NCBI GenBank assembly: GCA_964016885.1
Contig: OZ024742.1
Location: forward strand, 230,392,001 to 230,456,000
DNA: 64,000 nucleotides
Direction: 5' to 3'
DNA from: Eledone cirrhosa
Lineage: Eukaryota
Both the position numbers and the translations under genes were made by a program. Shown one piece after another: positions 1-13,740 of the stretch (within the stretch, counting starts at the first letter, position 1; each line of letters opens with the position of its first letter). Under the pieces are notes generated by a model that did no database searches, was not told where the DNA came from, and saw only the letters and a list, made by a program, of their open reading frames with translations.

Positions 1-1672
1 GCAACAATATCGGCTCGTTTTCGTTGATGAACAGTTCGAGGGAGTCGACGTCGTAGGCAGTTTCCTGAATTATGCCCGTCGGAAGTTTGTCCGAGCCCGT
101 TCGCTGAACTTTTGGCAGTCCATAGAATGGAACGTCATTTCCACCGGCAGTTAGGATTTTGTCCTCAATGTCAACGAGAGCTTTGTTGAAGAATTCGTCG
201 CTGAGTCGTACGTCGGAATGAGGGAGTAGCAGTTGTCCTTGGTGTATGTAGTCATCGGAAAGGTCCTCTTTGTATTTCTCCCATAAGGATATAGGGTCGC
301 TTAGTTCGCCTGTCTGCAGTAGCACCGCAAAGTGTTGCCGAAGACTTCGCGCTGAGCGTATTGTAGCTGCCTCCGCCAACGTGGTATCCCGCTGAGTGCC
401 ATCTTCCAGTAGACGCTGTCTAAGGCAGGCTGCGCGGAATGAAGTGCAAACCTCTCCGTTGATTGTTTTCAGATCGTCGAAAGATGTCGGTCCTACCACC
501 TCATGTAGTAGAAGGCGGAGATAAAAGCATTCCTGTTGGTTAGGATGAATGGTGTACACTCTCCCAAGGGTAGTGAGATTTTAATGTCTGGATGTCCCTC
601 GACGAATTGTCCTTTCACCCTTCGTAACAAAATTCTGTTGCCTGTGTTCCAAGTGTAGTATGATGGCACCTGAGAAGAAGAGGGTCTTGGCGAAGGGATC
701 GTTTCGGCATAACTTAAAAAATGCCGTAAGTGTGGTGTCCTAGGGTTCCTCTGCTATCTCAGCAGCGGTGGAGGCGGTGAAGTAGACTCTTTAACCATTT
801 TCAAGGTGGACCGCCAACTGTTTGATTGGAAAAATCGCCAGATGTATCGGCGGACCTGGTATCGACTTACTTCGTCTCGGTTGTTCTCCATTGTAAGACC
901 AAAGGACACAGCATCGGACCCCTTATTGGTGTACTTGCAGACGTACTTTATTGATTTGACGGAGTGGCAGTATTCAACGTTAATGCGGGTGTCAAACATT
1001 TTAAGCAGAAGTGGGCAGTAGGGTACAATCCACCGGTTGCCGACGTGGTGATGTGGGGTTTTCGCAACAATTCCTCCCTCTGCTGGCTCCTTGCGGCGGT
1101 ATAATGGGTAACCGTCGCCACCTGTCTGAGTTCTCGGAGGAATGGCCTTGGATACCTCTTGGTGCACCTTCTTTCTTTAATACATGGCGAATTCATGTTG
1201 AAACCGTTTCCGTGTGGTCGTGAACCATGTGAGCAGTGACGATGTTGTGGAGTTCTCTGTCCAATTTCGGGTCGGGTATTTCTGCTGAAATAATGCTGTC
1301 TGTCAATGCTGGTTGCGTTGATGTTCGTTATTAGCCAAATGAGTAGGTGGGCGTGTGACAGGCCTCTCTTTTTCCACTCAACGGTGTATACGTAGCACCT
1401 AACAGGTCCAAAGGCCTTACCTGATTGTATGAGTTCAATAAGTTTTGTCAATTTCAAGTGGAAGACTCGTGCCTTAAGGTCGTGTCTGTCTGACGCCCTT
1501 TGTCCGGGGAATAATTCCGCGGTAATTTCAGTCCACATAGGGTTGCAAGTTAAAGTGATAAAGACATCTGGTCTGCGGTAGAGACACACGTAAGTCATAG
1601 CATCCTGTGTGCGTTCACTCAAGTATCGGGGACTCCCAATAAACGTCGATGGAAGGATACAATGTTTTCCAA
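1..1672 (-). mobile_element. Helitron Rep-Hel pseudogene, Rep (HUH) domain and linker; continues past the left edge of the window
   Basis: Minus-strand translation across frameshifts gives ILPSTFIGSPRYLSERTQDAM, PDVFITLTCNPMW, VEWKKRGLSHAHLLIWL (HUH), SVKSIKYVCKYTNKG and LGRVYTIHPNQQECFYLRLLLHEVVGPTSF. These are typical Helitron Rep and linker motifs. Confidence 0.93.
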
Positions 1673-2512
1673 GTTTCTCTGCAATGGAATACGGTTAGTG
1701 GTAAGAAACCTCCTGCGGCATGTAATTGAAGCTACAATTCGCACGAACTGCGGCGCTGGAGAAAACGTCTTTATACCCAGAATACCATTAACTCCATCAG
1801 GTACGGAATGCCCCTGTACTTCAATCCCCGTTAAACTTTGCTTCGCGATGTCAATCAACAAATCCCAAGGCCAAACGCTAACAACGGCAGGCCTCTATTT
1901 AGGCCAGCCGTGCTTCTCACACGGCCAATTATACGTCGCATGCTCAAGAGTCGGATGCAAGCAGAATTTATTCATACTTGCGCCCAAAGACAGAACAAAA
2001 AAAAGTGGTCTACAGAGAGGTGTTGTGAGTCCTCTATTCAGCACCACTACAGTCTTACGGGTCTGACATATGGTGAGTAGATGCTATTGTTGTATATTTT
2101 CAAACTTACCCATATTTACTTACCCATGCTTATTCCCCCTCTTTCCTCCATAGGGCATCCAATCTGTTTTCACAGAGCATGAAGTTTCGGGACAGCATTC
2201 CCGCTACCGTTGGTGGAGGAGGAAGGGGCCCTATTCACCTGCGCACGTTTTACACCCCTTCCAGGACGTCCTACAAAATTGTTACCATTGTGAGAACGAT
2301 AACACGGCCCTTTACAGGGCCACCCCACATTCAATTGTTACCCCCTTCTGAGAGTGTTGCAAAGCTCTTTGCAGGGCTTTCTATCCCGTCGCAAATCGAT
2401 TGGTTGGGCGGGAACTTATATCAATCTTTGCCTCAATAATCATAATCGAGTGGAATCATTAAGAGTGCCTTAAAGCAATTAAACCCCGAGCAACGTCGGG
2501 CACTATTGCTAG
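1673..2512 (+). mobile_element. Helitron PIF1-like helicase C-terminus and 3' terminus
   Basis: ORF 1662-2066 contains LCNGIRL, IPRIPL, FAMSINKSQGQTL and FSHGQLYVACSRV (PIF1 motifs). A subterminal hairpin cccga-gcaacg-tcggg lies at 2485-2500, followed by CTAG at 2509-2512 and then T. Confidence 0.93.
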
Positions 2513-2744
2513 TTTATATATAAATCAAAAGGCAAATTACTGTCATTAGAATTTTGTCAAGAATTATAAAGCAACTAACTATATATATGATAGATTGCAT
2601 ATCAATAATTACGCAATCATTATCTAATAGTCAGTTGCATTTTTTCTCTCAGAATAAACCAAAACATTCAAAACACGCACTTAAACACACACAGATACAC
2701 GAACGCAAATATACACATGTACATACGCAATCATAGACATATGA

Positions 2745-2777
<33 letters not shown>

Positions 2778-3289
2778 CTTATATATATATATACTTACCC
2801 ACACATATATATATATATATAAGCGGAAAAAATGAAACGAAATTTCATTTCCCACTCTTAGTACGGCTGTTACTTAAATATAAGTATGTATACGTACATA
2901 CATATATGTATACAGACGTACAGTAGTATGTATATATATATACATACATGCACACATATATATATGTACGTATAGTTTCACCAAACATTTATTATAATGC
3001 TCGGTGTGTCTGTAAACAAACATCCTGTATTAAGCCGTAGTGTCTAGCAACCACCGTTGCTCGTTTGTTCAACACTGACAAAGGAACGCTGTACTAGTTT
3101 CAAGCTTGTTAGCTATCGTCAGCAACGTATACCTTCCTGCCAGATAGTTGAACGTCCGAAAGTATATACTTTCCTTATGCATATTAACGGCTGAGTAGCT
3201 CAATTTGCATATCGAGTGGGTTAATCGGCCGGGTGCACCGAAAACGATAAACATACTTATATATATATATCTATCTATCTATCTAAGGC

Positions 3290-3583
3290 GGGTAAAATTC
3301 CCGAGATCCATGGACGAGTTCTCTCCAGCGGTCTCTGTCCCTCATTATCGCTGCCATATCCTGCATCTCCAACAGACCAGTGTCTGTCCTTAGGGCATCA
3401 ACATATGTTTAACCTTGGTCTTCCTCTTCTAGTGTTTCCATGTAGGGGCTCCCAAAGGAGCACTGAGTGCAATGTCAACTCTGGATGTCGGTGAGCATGT
3501 CCAGCCAACCTCAGTCTCCTCTGTGTCACTTTTGAGCTGACTTTTGGGATGCTCCCATACAGCTCTGAGTTTTTCATCCTCAT
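3290..3583 (-). mobile_element. RTE-clade LINE 3' fragment
   Basis: ELYGSIPKVSSKVTQRRLRLAGHAHRHPEL..VLLWEP..RRGRPR is a typical RTE C-terminal region. Confidence 0.8.
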
Positions 3584-3700
3584 TATATTATAAGTATATA
3601 TATATATATAAGTATATATATATATAAGTATATATAGTGGTAGAACACTGGAAGGTAATAACCGTAGTGGTAGAGCAATCAGTTCATTGGACGAGTTAGG

Positions 3701-3781
3701 TAGAAGTGGTTACACAACAGTTAGTTCACCATACCGAGAATAATTGTTCTCGGTATGGTGAACTAACTGTTGTGTAACCAC

Positions 3782-3786
<5 letters not shown>
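3701..3786. repeat. Perfect 40-bp-arm hairpin within a short element between (TA)n tracts
   Basis: 3701-3740 is the reverse complement of 3747-3786, with a 6-nt loop (taattg). Confidence 0.9.
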
Positions 3787-3814
<28 letters not shown>

Positions 3815-3817
<3 letters not shown>

Positions 3818-3844
3818 CTCTACTTTCATTTATAAATATATATA

Positions 3845-3889
<45 letters not shown>

Positions 3890-3992
3890 ATATATATATG
3901 TGTGTATATGTATATATATATATTTCTCTACTTTCATTTATGTATATATATATATATGTGTATATATATATATATGTGTGTGTGTGTATATA

Positions 3993-4043
<51 letters not shown>

Positions 4044-4116
4044 CTCTACTTTCATTTATAAATATATATATATATGTGTATATATATATATATATGTGTG
4101 TGTGTGTATATATATA

Positions 4117-4171
<55 letters not shown>

Positions 4172-4296
4172 CTCTACTTTAATTTATAAATATATATATA
4201 TATGTGTATATATATATATGTGTGTGTGTGTATATATATATGTGTGTGTATATATATATATATATATTTCTCTACTTTCATTTATAAATATATATA

Positions 4297-4337
<41 letters not shown>

Positions 4338-4340
4338 ATA

Positions 4341-4436
<96 letters not shown>
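3815..4436. repeat. Compound minisatellite (~100-130 bp unit anchored by tttctctactttcattta, 5 copies) ending in (GA)n
   Basis: The anchor recurs near 3815, 3923, 4041, 4169 and 4267, separated by (TA)n/(TG)n. Confidence 0.85.
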
Positions 4437-4439
<3 letters not shown>

Positions 4440-4747
4440 TTGAGGTTGGTAATGGCACATGGAATATATAAGAGACAGAATACTTTTTTGTGAAAAAACA
4501 TATAATTTTATAAGGTAAGGAAATAATAAAGGGTATAAAAAATGACCGGTTTCGATGGGTCTGCAAAAGCCATCTTTTCAAATGTTGATTAATATTAAGA
4601 AAAATTAATAATAAGAAGTGTTAAAATTTGAGATTTGAAAATTCAAGTATAAAATTCATTGTGGGATTTCATAGTAGTTTTCATCTACATAGTAGTTTTC
4701 ACCTACATAGTAGTTTTCATATATATATATATGTGTGTATATATATA

Positions 4748-4815
<68 letters not shown>

Positions 4816-5244
4816 TATATATATATGTATGTATGTGTGTATGCATAAACATACAGGCAGTGTACATTTTAGTTAACATTGAAACTATCCATGAAATTTA
4901 TGTTAGTTTGATAACAACAATTATCTATTACATAAACGTACCTTTTACGAAAATGAAGCACAAAACAAACCAATCACAAGCAAATCTTATGTAGAATATA
5001 TGACGGCTTTACTAATTTCTATGTAATTATTATAACATTTCTCTCTTTATCTAGCTCCTCATTTACATCTCCCCTCTCTCTCTCTCTCTTTTTCTCTCTC
5101 TCTCTCTATATATATATATACGTAGGTCCCGGGTTGAGTCGGGGATAACCACAGTAAGTAAGGTACTCACTACATGGCAGAGTAAAATTTTTTTATTTTA
5201 TAGAAGGAGCTTCTACAGGACTAGTACTGATGAAATCTCCAGGA

Positions 5245-5285
5245 AGCTTCCTGAAGATTTCATCTGAATGAAACAGTACTAGTAC
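5245..5285 (+). ncRNA. Hammerhead-ribozyme-like motif in a fold-back element (5120-5285)
   Basis: agcttc-CTGAAGA-tttcatctgaat-GAAAC-agtacta-GTA. The inverted left arm, read on the minus strand, supplies the downstream part (gtc-ctgtagaagct), which can pair with agcttc. Confidence 0.55.
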
Positions 5286-6192
5286 TTATGTGAGGTAAAG
5301 CCTTTACAGTGAAATTATAATAGTAAATATAGAATAATGTAAATTCTAAAGGGTTAACAACTAAAACAACTGCAGTAGCAACTACAACCAAAATAACAGC
5401 GATTATTACAGTACGTGTAAATCACCTCAATACCAATCAAACTTCTGACAATTTTCGATCACACAATTAAGCAATGAATTATAACAAATCGATCGATTAA
5501 TAGTGATTGATCAATGGTGATTGTTACGAGAATTTCCGTATAAAGAAAGAATGGTTACTATCAGTTCCATAGTCTCATAATAAATAGTCATCTATTTATT
5601 TTGGGATTTATACATAAAAGGATAAACATCCTGGCAGTAAGATTCTATTGGTATTGTAGGTGTCACGTAGCGGTGGGAGAAGTCACATGCACAAATAAAA
5701 GGTGGAATGACGAAATGCATATATATATATGTATATATATGATAATATATATCATCTCTCTCTCTAGTCTCCTCCTCTCTCAAACTGTGGCACTAAATTC
5801 TGGTTTTCTATTAAATTCTGGTTTTCTATTAAGTTATTATTGTACATCAGGGAAACGACACAATAACGTCTACAATCAGAAATCCGCAAGTATGACCAAT
5901 GCTGTCACTATACATAACTAGCGTCATCTCACAAGTCCCCCTTCTCTCTCCTTTTCTCATATGTATATATATGTACATATATATTCCTGTAACTGGGAAG
6001 ACTTCGAACCCTCAGTCATCCTGCATTTCGATTAAATATTTTCTTCTGGCTCTATAACTGTATTGAGCTCCAGTTCGCGTTTACACTATTCATCTTAATT
6101 TCCTTAACCCTTTAGACAGACAAATAGATGAAACGATGGATACAAACTGGTAAAATCATAAACAAACACACACACGAACTTACATATACACG

Positions 6193-6229
<37 letters not shown>

Positions 6230-8146
6230 CATATATCATATATATACTGTATACATAAACACACAAACACATACACTCACAAACAGGCATGTGTGTAAAT
6301 ACAAGAAGGTAAAAGTCAATGTTAAACAACACGCGTGACAATGACACACAAGCTTGACTATTTGACTAGGTGAATGAATTTGATAGTGGATGTGGAATAG
6401 GACAACCAAGAAAACATGTATGTACATGTCGGGTTTCATTCATTTGGGTATGGCCATATTTCAATACAGATGATGATTAGTTGGCACGTATATTGTTATG
6501 TATATATGTACGTGTGCAGATGCAAGTTATTCGTGTAACTACCGACGTAGGCGTATATCTGTGCTTATGTTCTTATTGCTGTTATTTAGCCCCGAGTCAA
6601 TCCTGGTTCACTAGAGTTGAGTTATGATTGATGAAAAGTATTCAAGCTGCGAATTGACCATCCGTTATTGGGTATGTGCGTATGAGAGTGTGTTTGTGTG
6701 TGTATGTGTGTGTGTGTGTTTAATTGTGCGTGTGTGTGTTTGTATTTGTAATTACATAGCTTTGCATGGATAGTGATGTAGATGAGCTTATACAAAATGA
6801 TTTCTCTGTTAAGACGTACACACGTGTATGGGAGCGTTTATGCGTTGCAAACTGCAGAGCGCGTGTATACATGTTTAAAGTTATGTATGTACGTATTATG
6901 TATGTTTGTTATCATTTTGTATATGTCAAATAAATGATTTGAGGTCTATTTTTTATTTTATTTGAGCGGAATCTCTTTATGCTCTGAATTCAAATTTGCG
7001 TTTGATTCTTTCGGATTTGATATGATAAAATACCAGTCAAGAATGGAGGTCGATATATTTTTTGTTTCCTTAAATTTCTGGTTTAGAGCCTAAATATGAA
7101 ATTGGTAATTATGAACAGTTTGATAAAGTAATTGTATATATTTTGTAAACATACATGTAGAAATTGTCGATTAAATTTACTTACGATATTTATTGATATC
7201 CTTATTTTACAGACTTGGAAGGATGAAAGTCGAAGTCAAGTGAAAATGGTGGCACCTAACTAGATTGGTAGATGGACGTACTACTTTTCCTGTTGGTAAC
7301 ACTATCCTCTTGGTATGTACATTATTGTTCTTATGTTTATTTCTATCACATAAAAAATATCATTTGAAATATAGTCGTTCTCATGTGAATGACTATAATA
7401 CAGCATCACTATAAAATCGGGTAGTGTACCCCGGGGATAATATTACCTGAATTTTGCAACTATTCATAATTATCGATTATTAATATTAATACATCCGTTT
7501 ACATTGCAACGACAGCATTTCAAATATTGAATATTCTCAATGTTTCTTATGTCAACTGAATGTTAACAAAATATATATATGAAAATTAAAAAGAAGTATT
7601 GAGAAGAGAGTTGACATTCACACCTTCTACCGTTTTTTCGAAATCCCCAAACTTTCGGTGTTTAAGTACAAATATGGGAAATTGGATTGTAAATGTTGCT
7701 GTCCAGAATTCATTTATGTTTTATTACACTCGTCACTCTCGGTGTGAAATATTGCTTTCTTTTTGCTTGAAAAAAAATGTTTGTTATATTTGAAGAGTAT
7801 ATTATTCATACCTTTTTGCAATATATTTAAGGTGATACATCATCGTAGGAAGTACTCGGTTGCCTTAGAATTGAACATCTAATTAGTTTCCTCCTTCCAA
7901 CTGATATGATATTCTTATATGTGTACAAACAAATGCATATATATATATATAAAATATATTCATTTGATTGTAAACCTCCACCTCCCTGTCTTTTTGTATT
8001 GTTCCATATATACATATATATAGACCCTTGTGGCCAATAAAAAATTATTATTATTATCATTACTATTATTGCTCTTGTTGATGTTGTTGTAGTTTCGCTC
8101 AAGTAAATTGGAATTTTATCGTCAAGTTAGGATTCAATTAATTTCC

Positions 8147-8720
8147 TTATAGTTCAATGATCTTTCTAATGATTATTTCTGTACCCACTAAGGCAGACGT
8201 TTGGATCATCGCCCATTTGTTGTTAATGCTATTTCTTTCAGGAATCTGTGTCTTCTGTGAGTAATAATTCCTATCGCATCTATCATAATAATGGAAAAAT
8301 AACACAATATCACTAATAAGATCCTGGTACTTTTCAATCTTTTCCTGCTCCTTTTTGATCACATTGGTGTAAGCAGAAATTTCTTTGTCAACTATTATGC
8401 AAATTTTGAAAATTTGTCGATAATAACTAGATCAGCTCTTCTAGCCTGTATTTCGTGGTTTGTTTGGATTGTGAAATCACCAAGTACCTCCAACCTATCA
8501 ATTTCAACACCACTCTGCTCGATATTTATACCATTTGCCTCTCGCTTCAACCCACCATTGACGCAATAAGTCCACATGAAGAGGACTTGCTACACACCAA
8601 TGGCGAAATGTATAGCCTTTCTGTGCCGAACAGCTAAAACCACTGACAATGTCAGTTTTTACTCATCCTTCTCATTGTCGTCTGCATTAGGTATTCTTAC
8701 TAGTTTGGTCTTTATTTGCT
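8147..8720 (-). mobile_element. Old, degraded R4/Dong-like RLE retrotransposon 3' fragment
   Basis: DFTIQTNHEIQARRADLVIIDK and KEQEKIEKYQDL are restriction-like endonuclease motifs. Confidence 0.7.
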
Positions 8721-8849
8721 TTAATAGGATTAGCCAAACCAGATTCCAAGTGTTTACGAATGTGTCCGAACACCGAAAATCCGAACTCCCACTTTCATCA
8801 CATCCATCTCTCTTGCCCTCCCCATCTCTCTGTAGCATGACCGAATGGG

Positions 8850-9230
8850 GTCCCACGTGCTAAAACACACACACCCACACACAGCCCCGGCGAACAGAAT
8901 CGGGATGCCATCTCCCCGGTCGATGGTAAGGGAGATGCGCTGGAAGAGCCATTCCATGTCGCGAGACTCACACCTGCAGCTGACCACCTCAGCGCCTATG
9001 GTGGTAAATAGGGAGGTAGCCCCAGGGCCAAGGACACCAGACGTCTCCACTGCCAGGGACACGACCGCAAACCTGTTGGAGAGCGACCGGTACTTGAAGA
9101 GTCTGCCCTCCTCATCCGGAAGTGCAGCAGAACCTGAGTTAATCGCAGACTGCACCGGGTTGCGGTTGGAGAAATATCACTGCAAGTGGCATCCCAGACG
9201 AAGGGATTACCACCGCGGATGGACAACTAT
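8850..9230 (-). mobile_element. CRE-clade non-LTR retrotransposon 3' (RLE) fragment
   Basis: Motifs WDATC, KYRSL, LAVETSGVLG and LFQRISLTIDRGD, ending in a (TG)-rich tail. Confidence 0.75.
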
Positions 9231-9615
9231 TATTAGACCTTCAGTTTCATTCTTAAATTCACTATTCATCAGTCATAACCCTGATTTCGCATTAAAAGCT
9301 GCCGATTCGTTAGTTTCTATGAACTACTCTCCATGGAAATCTATTCCCAAAATATCTTTTTCTTTTCCCCCTTTCTTCTCCCTTTTGTACACTTTTGGAT
9401 TTTCAATTTCCACTTCATTGGGCCTCCTTTTTTTAATATTTCATCATATATTCCTCTAGATTACTACCATATCAACATATTCAGGAATGGAAATTAAACC
9501 TCTCCCTCTTCTTTCCTCAATAGATATAGCCTGTGCACACTATCGCTTAGATGGCACACTCGACTTTCCCCTTCTCCCAGATTGCTGTGAGAATGTTAGA
9601 ACAGTTATTATTTTT

Positions 9616-9840
9616 GGGTTGTCAGTATCGGTAGAGGGTCGGACGCGTTGCTTTGCAGAATATAGTTACGTTCATTTATGATCTGAATTCAAATCCCGCC
9701 GAGGTTAAATTTGCCTTTCATCCTTACGGGGTCGATAAAATAAAGTACCAGTCACGCACTGGAGTCGATTTAATCGACTTTCCTCTCCCCCAAAATTGCT
9801 GGCCTTGTGCCCATATAAGAAACCATTATTATTATTATTA
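9616..9840 (+). mobile_element. tRNA-derived SINE (longer variant)
   Basis: B-box-like gaattcaaatcc, core gtcgataaaataaagtaccagt and a (TTA)n tail, shared with about 11 other copies. Confidence 0.85.
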
Positions 9841-10197
9841 AGGAAAATCAGGGTAGAGAGGGAAGTGCTCTCTTCCCAGCATTTTGTTGAAAGATGGGTG
9901 AGAGAAGCAAGTATGGCCCGAATGAATGGGCCTTCTCTGAGTATGTGTCTGTAAATTAAAGGTGGAAAACTGGGACAGGGCACTTGCCCTGGTGGTCAGG
10001 GCTACTGTGGTCTTTTAATGGGCTTTCTCCACAAATGTCCCTCGGAAGTCTCCCCCCTATTGGGGAATTTTTCTTTGTTATTTTATTTCAACCTCTGTTT
10101 TTTTTACACGCAGAAATGCCCATTTGTACCGTCCTGTATTGTCCTGTACTGTCCTTAATGTCTACTTTATGTAAACCCTTGTGGTTAATAAAGAAAA

Positions 10198-10200
<3 letters not shown>
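9841..10200 (+). mobile_element. Probable LINE 3' end with poly(A) signal and (TTA)n tail
   Basis: Ends in cccttgtggttaataaag followed by (tta)n. A similar end, cccttgtggccaataaa followed by (tta)n, occurs near 8024-8060. Confidence 0.5.
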
Positions 10201-10234
<34 letters not shown>

Positions 10235-10235
<1 letters not shown>

Positions 10236-13200
10236 TTTGAGTCTCAGTCATTGATGTTATTTAACTGGAAAGTTTGTTGAAATGAATATCAAGCCGCTAC
10301 CTGCAGCCTCAGATATCCAGGACGTATCGCAGGGTTCTTGCTGTTCCCAGCAAGCATGCCTTTTGAAGTGTTCCAAAAAGCGGGGCTGGACTAATCTTCT
10401 TTAACCATCCCTGGAAACTCTTTGAGATATTACCTAGTGCGCCTATGACAATTGGGACGACGATGATTTCTTAGCAGATCCAAATCCTTTTTAACTCCCA
10501 CTTTAAGTCCTGGTATCGGTTAATTTTCTTCCTCTCCTTTTCTTGCACTCTCGTGTCAAATGGGCAGGCTACATCTACAATCAGGCATGATCTTTTTTCC
10601 TTGTCCAAAACCACCAGGTCAGGCCTATTGTGTTCTAATTTCTTGTCCGTCTGTATCCTAAAATTTCATAGCACCTTCATCTGATCGTTTTCTATAAACG
10701 ACTTTGGCTTATGCTCATACCACTACTCAGAATGTGGTAAATTGTTTACTTTGCATAGATGCCAGTTGATCACCCTACCTATCACATGATGTCTCCAGCC
10801 TTTATAGTGAGTCTGGGCTAGGTGTTTACACTCGGATACACTGTGAGCCACAATCTCCTCTCTCTCTCCACAGATCCTACACAGTGAGCTAGCCTCCTCC
10901 TTGTAAATATGGTGTTTCACCCACTTCGTTCTGAGGGCTTGCTCTTGCCCAGCCATTAGCATTCCTTCTGTAGCTTTTTAAAGGTCTCCTGTTTTTAACC
11001 AGTTCCATGTCTGTGGATCTCTAAATTCGGTTTTCCTAAAGAAGGTTCTATGAAGGGATTTTTCATGAAGGTTGCTCTTCCTCCTCGTTGTTATTTCCTC
11101 CTCGGACATCGCCTGGTCTATTTTGAATATTCACATATTTGCGCAGTTTTTTTTTCTCCATCTAAACACAGTCCTCTATGCTGATAAGTAGAGTCTCTCG
11201 ACATCACTCCTCTTGTGGAACATGTTGTAGATAGTCAATAGCTTTCTAGTCTTCCTATCCATTTCTTTTTGTTCAGCAACATTCCATTTCAGAATTCCCG
11301 CACTGTACCTAATAATAGACACCGCTCGGGAATTCACTGCACTTATGACATTCCTACTATTTATATGTGATTTTAATACGCTCCTTACTCTCCTTATGTA
11401 CTCACATAATTATTTTGTTCTTGATGTCTTCTGTCTCCAGAATACCTAAATATGTGTATCCCTCTTCACTGTCAATTTCCTTATCATCTCACCTGTTGGT
11501 ACCTGGATTCCGTTGCTTCTGCTCGATTTACTCCCTCTTCATCACAAGGTCTCCACACTTATTAATACTATATTCCATACATATATCATTGCTGAAACTA
11601 CGGACAGTGTCAACAAGTACATCCAACTCCTTCTCACTCTTCCCAAAGAGTTTAAGATCGTCCAGGAAGAGGAGGTGGTTGATGGTAAGCTCTCCTTTTC
11701 CCAACTTGTATCCTTCTCTCACCTTTCGCAAATATAACGGTCAGGGGTATCAGGGCAAGGACAAACAGCAGAGGGGACAAACCATCTCCCTGGAAGATAC
11801 TTCTTTTGATCTTCACGCCTCCCAAACATTCTCCACCCGATGTTAACTCTGTTTCCCAGGACTTCATACTTTTGCTCAACAACTGTCTGATGTTATCTGC
11901 CACCTTGAAGATTTCTAGGCTTTTGGCTATCCAAGAATGAGGTACCATGTCGAATGCCTTTTTGTAATCTATCCATCCCATGGCAAGACCAGTGTGTCTC
12001 CTCTTGCAATTCCTCATTACCATCTTATCAATAATTAACTGGTCTTTTGTACCACGGGACTTCTTTTGGCATCCTTTCTGTTCGTCCGGTAACAAGTTGT
12101 TTATGTGGAGGTGATGGTGGATTTCCTCAGACACAATGCTTGTGAACAGTTTCCACATTACGGACAGACATGTGATAGGCCTATAGTTGGTAACATCATT
12201 ACCATTGATTCGGTCTTTCATTACCAGAACTGTGGTACCTTTTGTCAACCACTCTGGTACCTCACCTGACATCAAGCAGTCATTGAACATGGTTGTCAGT
12301 TTCGGGTGGAGGGATGTTATATTTTTAATCCAATACACTTGAACACCATCTGGGCCTGGTGATTTCCAGTTGATTAGTTTTTTGGCCTGCCCTTTAAGAG
12401 TTTCAACTGTGATACTCAAATCAGGTTGTTGGTGTGCCTGTTCACTAATCTCCTTTTGAACTGTCTCAATCCACACTTCAACATCCTGCTCCCATATTCC
12501 TCTACAGAATGTCTTAGTCTGTTCTGCCTCAGGAATCAAGTCGTTGTCTCTTTCTTTCCCTTCAAGCTGTCCAAACAACATCTTCTGGTTGTTGTCAAAC
12601 ATGCGGTTCTGTCTATACTGCCTAACTCTGCTCTCAAACCGCCTAATCTTTGCACTTTTTGCTACAATACGTTGCTTCAGTTCCTCTATGATAATATTTA
12701 GCTTTTCCCCCTAGTTTTGTACTTTATTTGCAATCTATCTTTAGTGTCTATGTTTTGTAATGTCCCATTCAGTAAGGACTCAAGCTTTCCAATGTCTTTT
12801 CTCATTTCCTTGATTTGACGATTCAGTCGTTTCTTCTACCAAGCTTCTGATCTTTCTTCTTTGTTGTTTCCTCTCGTTTTTATGCCAAGTAATTTCCTCA
12901 CTGCATTTGCTGTTGCTTTCAGAATATTGTTGCATTGGTGAAGGTTCCTCGCCTCAAGGCATGGGATGACTTTGTTTACCTTAGCTGTTGTTTCTTTTAA
13001 CTTTTTCCTCTCTACAAATCTTAGGTTCATAGGTTTTCCACTATCATTGTTCATTTCATCTACCACTAAGTTCAGCATATCGACCAAATCTTGTCCCATC
13101 CCGTCAGCATTCATTTCCGCTATGGCCGTATCTTTTTTCCAGATGTTATTTATTTCAGCATTCAGATCATTGTCTTCTTCGGATGCTTCCTCAGGTCTCT

Positions 13201-13740
13201 CAACCTCTTCACCTACATTCGCTCCCCACTGTCTCGTTTGCCTGACATACTCCACTCTCCATTTCCAATTTAATCTCTCTACTCAGTTCCTCCAGTTCCA
13301 ACTCACTTATCCATCCATTAGTTCTTATTACTCGAGCCTGCCCGGCCAATTTTTGTTCATCTAATTTAAATAGACCAATCTCATTCCAGATGTTATGCAT
13401 CCGTTTCCTATAGCCTTTTTCCTTGAGGTTACTCTTCAGGTAACATTTCATGACAGTTCTATTCAATTCTTTCGTCCAGCTGGTTCTTGTTCCTTTCCTT
13501 CTTCTTCTTCCTCCAACACCAGCAGTATTTGGATGACAGCCAGGTCCCTGCTGCTGGGCCAGGGAGCATTTTCTGGATGAGAGTATTTCACATGACGTTC
13601 CAGTCTCCTTTTCACCCTTATTCGAACTGTTTATGTTCGACATTTAAACACTCATATCGAGGATTGGTGAATATATGGTTACATAACCACCGGTGATTTC
13701 ATCACCCCGGTGATTTTAGTGTGGCATCATCACGCTGTAG
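10235..13740 (-). mobile_element. Near full-length, decayed R4/Dong-clade non-LTR retrotransposon (RT + CCHC finger + RLE)
   Basis: RT motifs: KSPGPDG, NYRPITCL, WIDYKKAFDMVPH, IFQGDGLSPLLF, HLLFLDDLKLF. Zinc finger CRICGEREEIVAHSVSEC and a PD..D..E..K endonuclease region follow. The 3' end abuts (TAA)n, the known Dong target. Several frameshifts and stops are present, and the 5' boundary is approximate. Confidence 0.92.

Noticed and set aside
13645-13740. HDV-like ribozyme at the 5' end of the Dong element
   Set aside because: Such ribozymes are known in related elements, but I could not build the nested double pseudoknot by eye.
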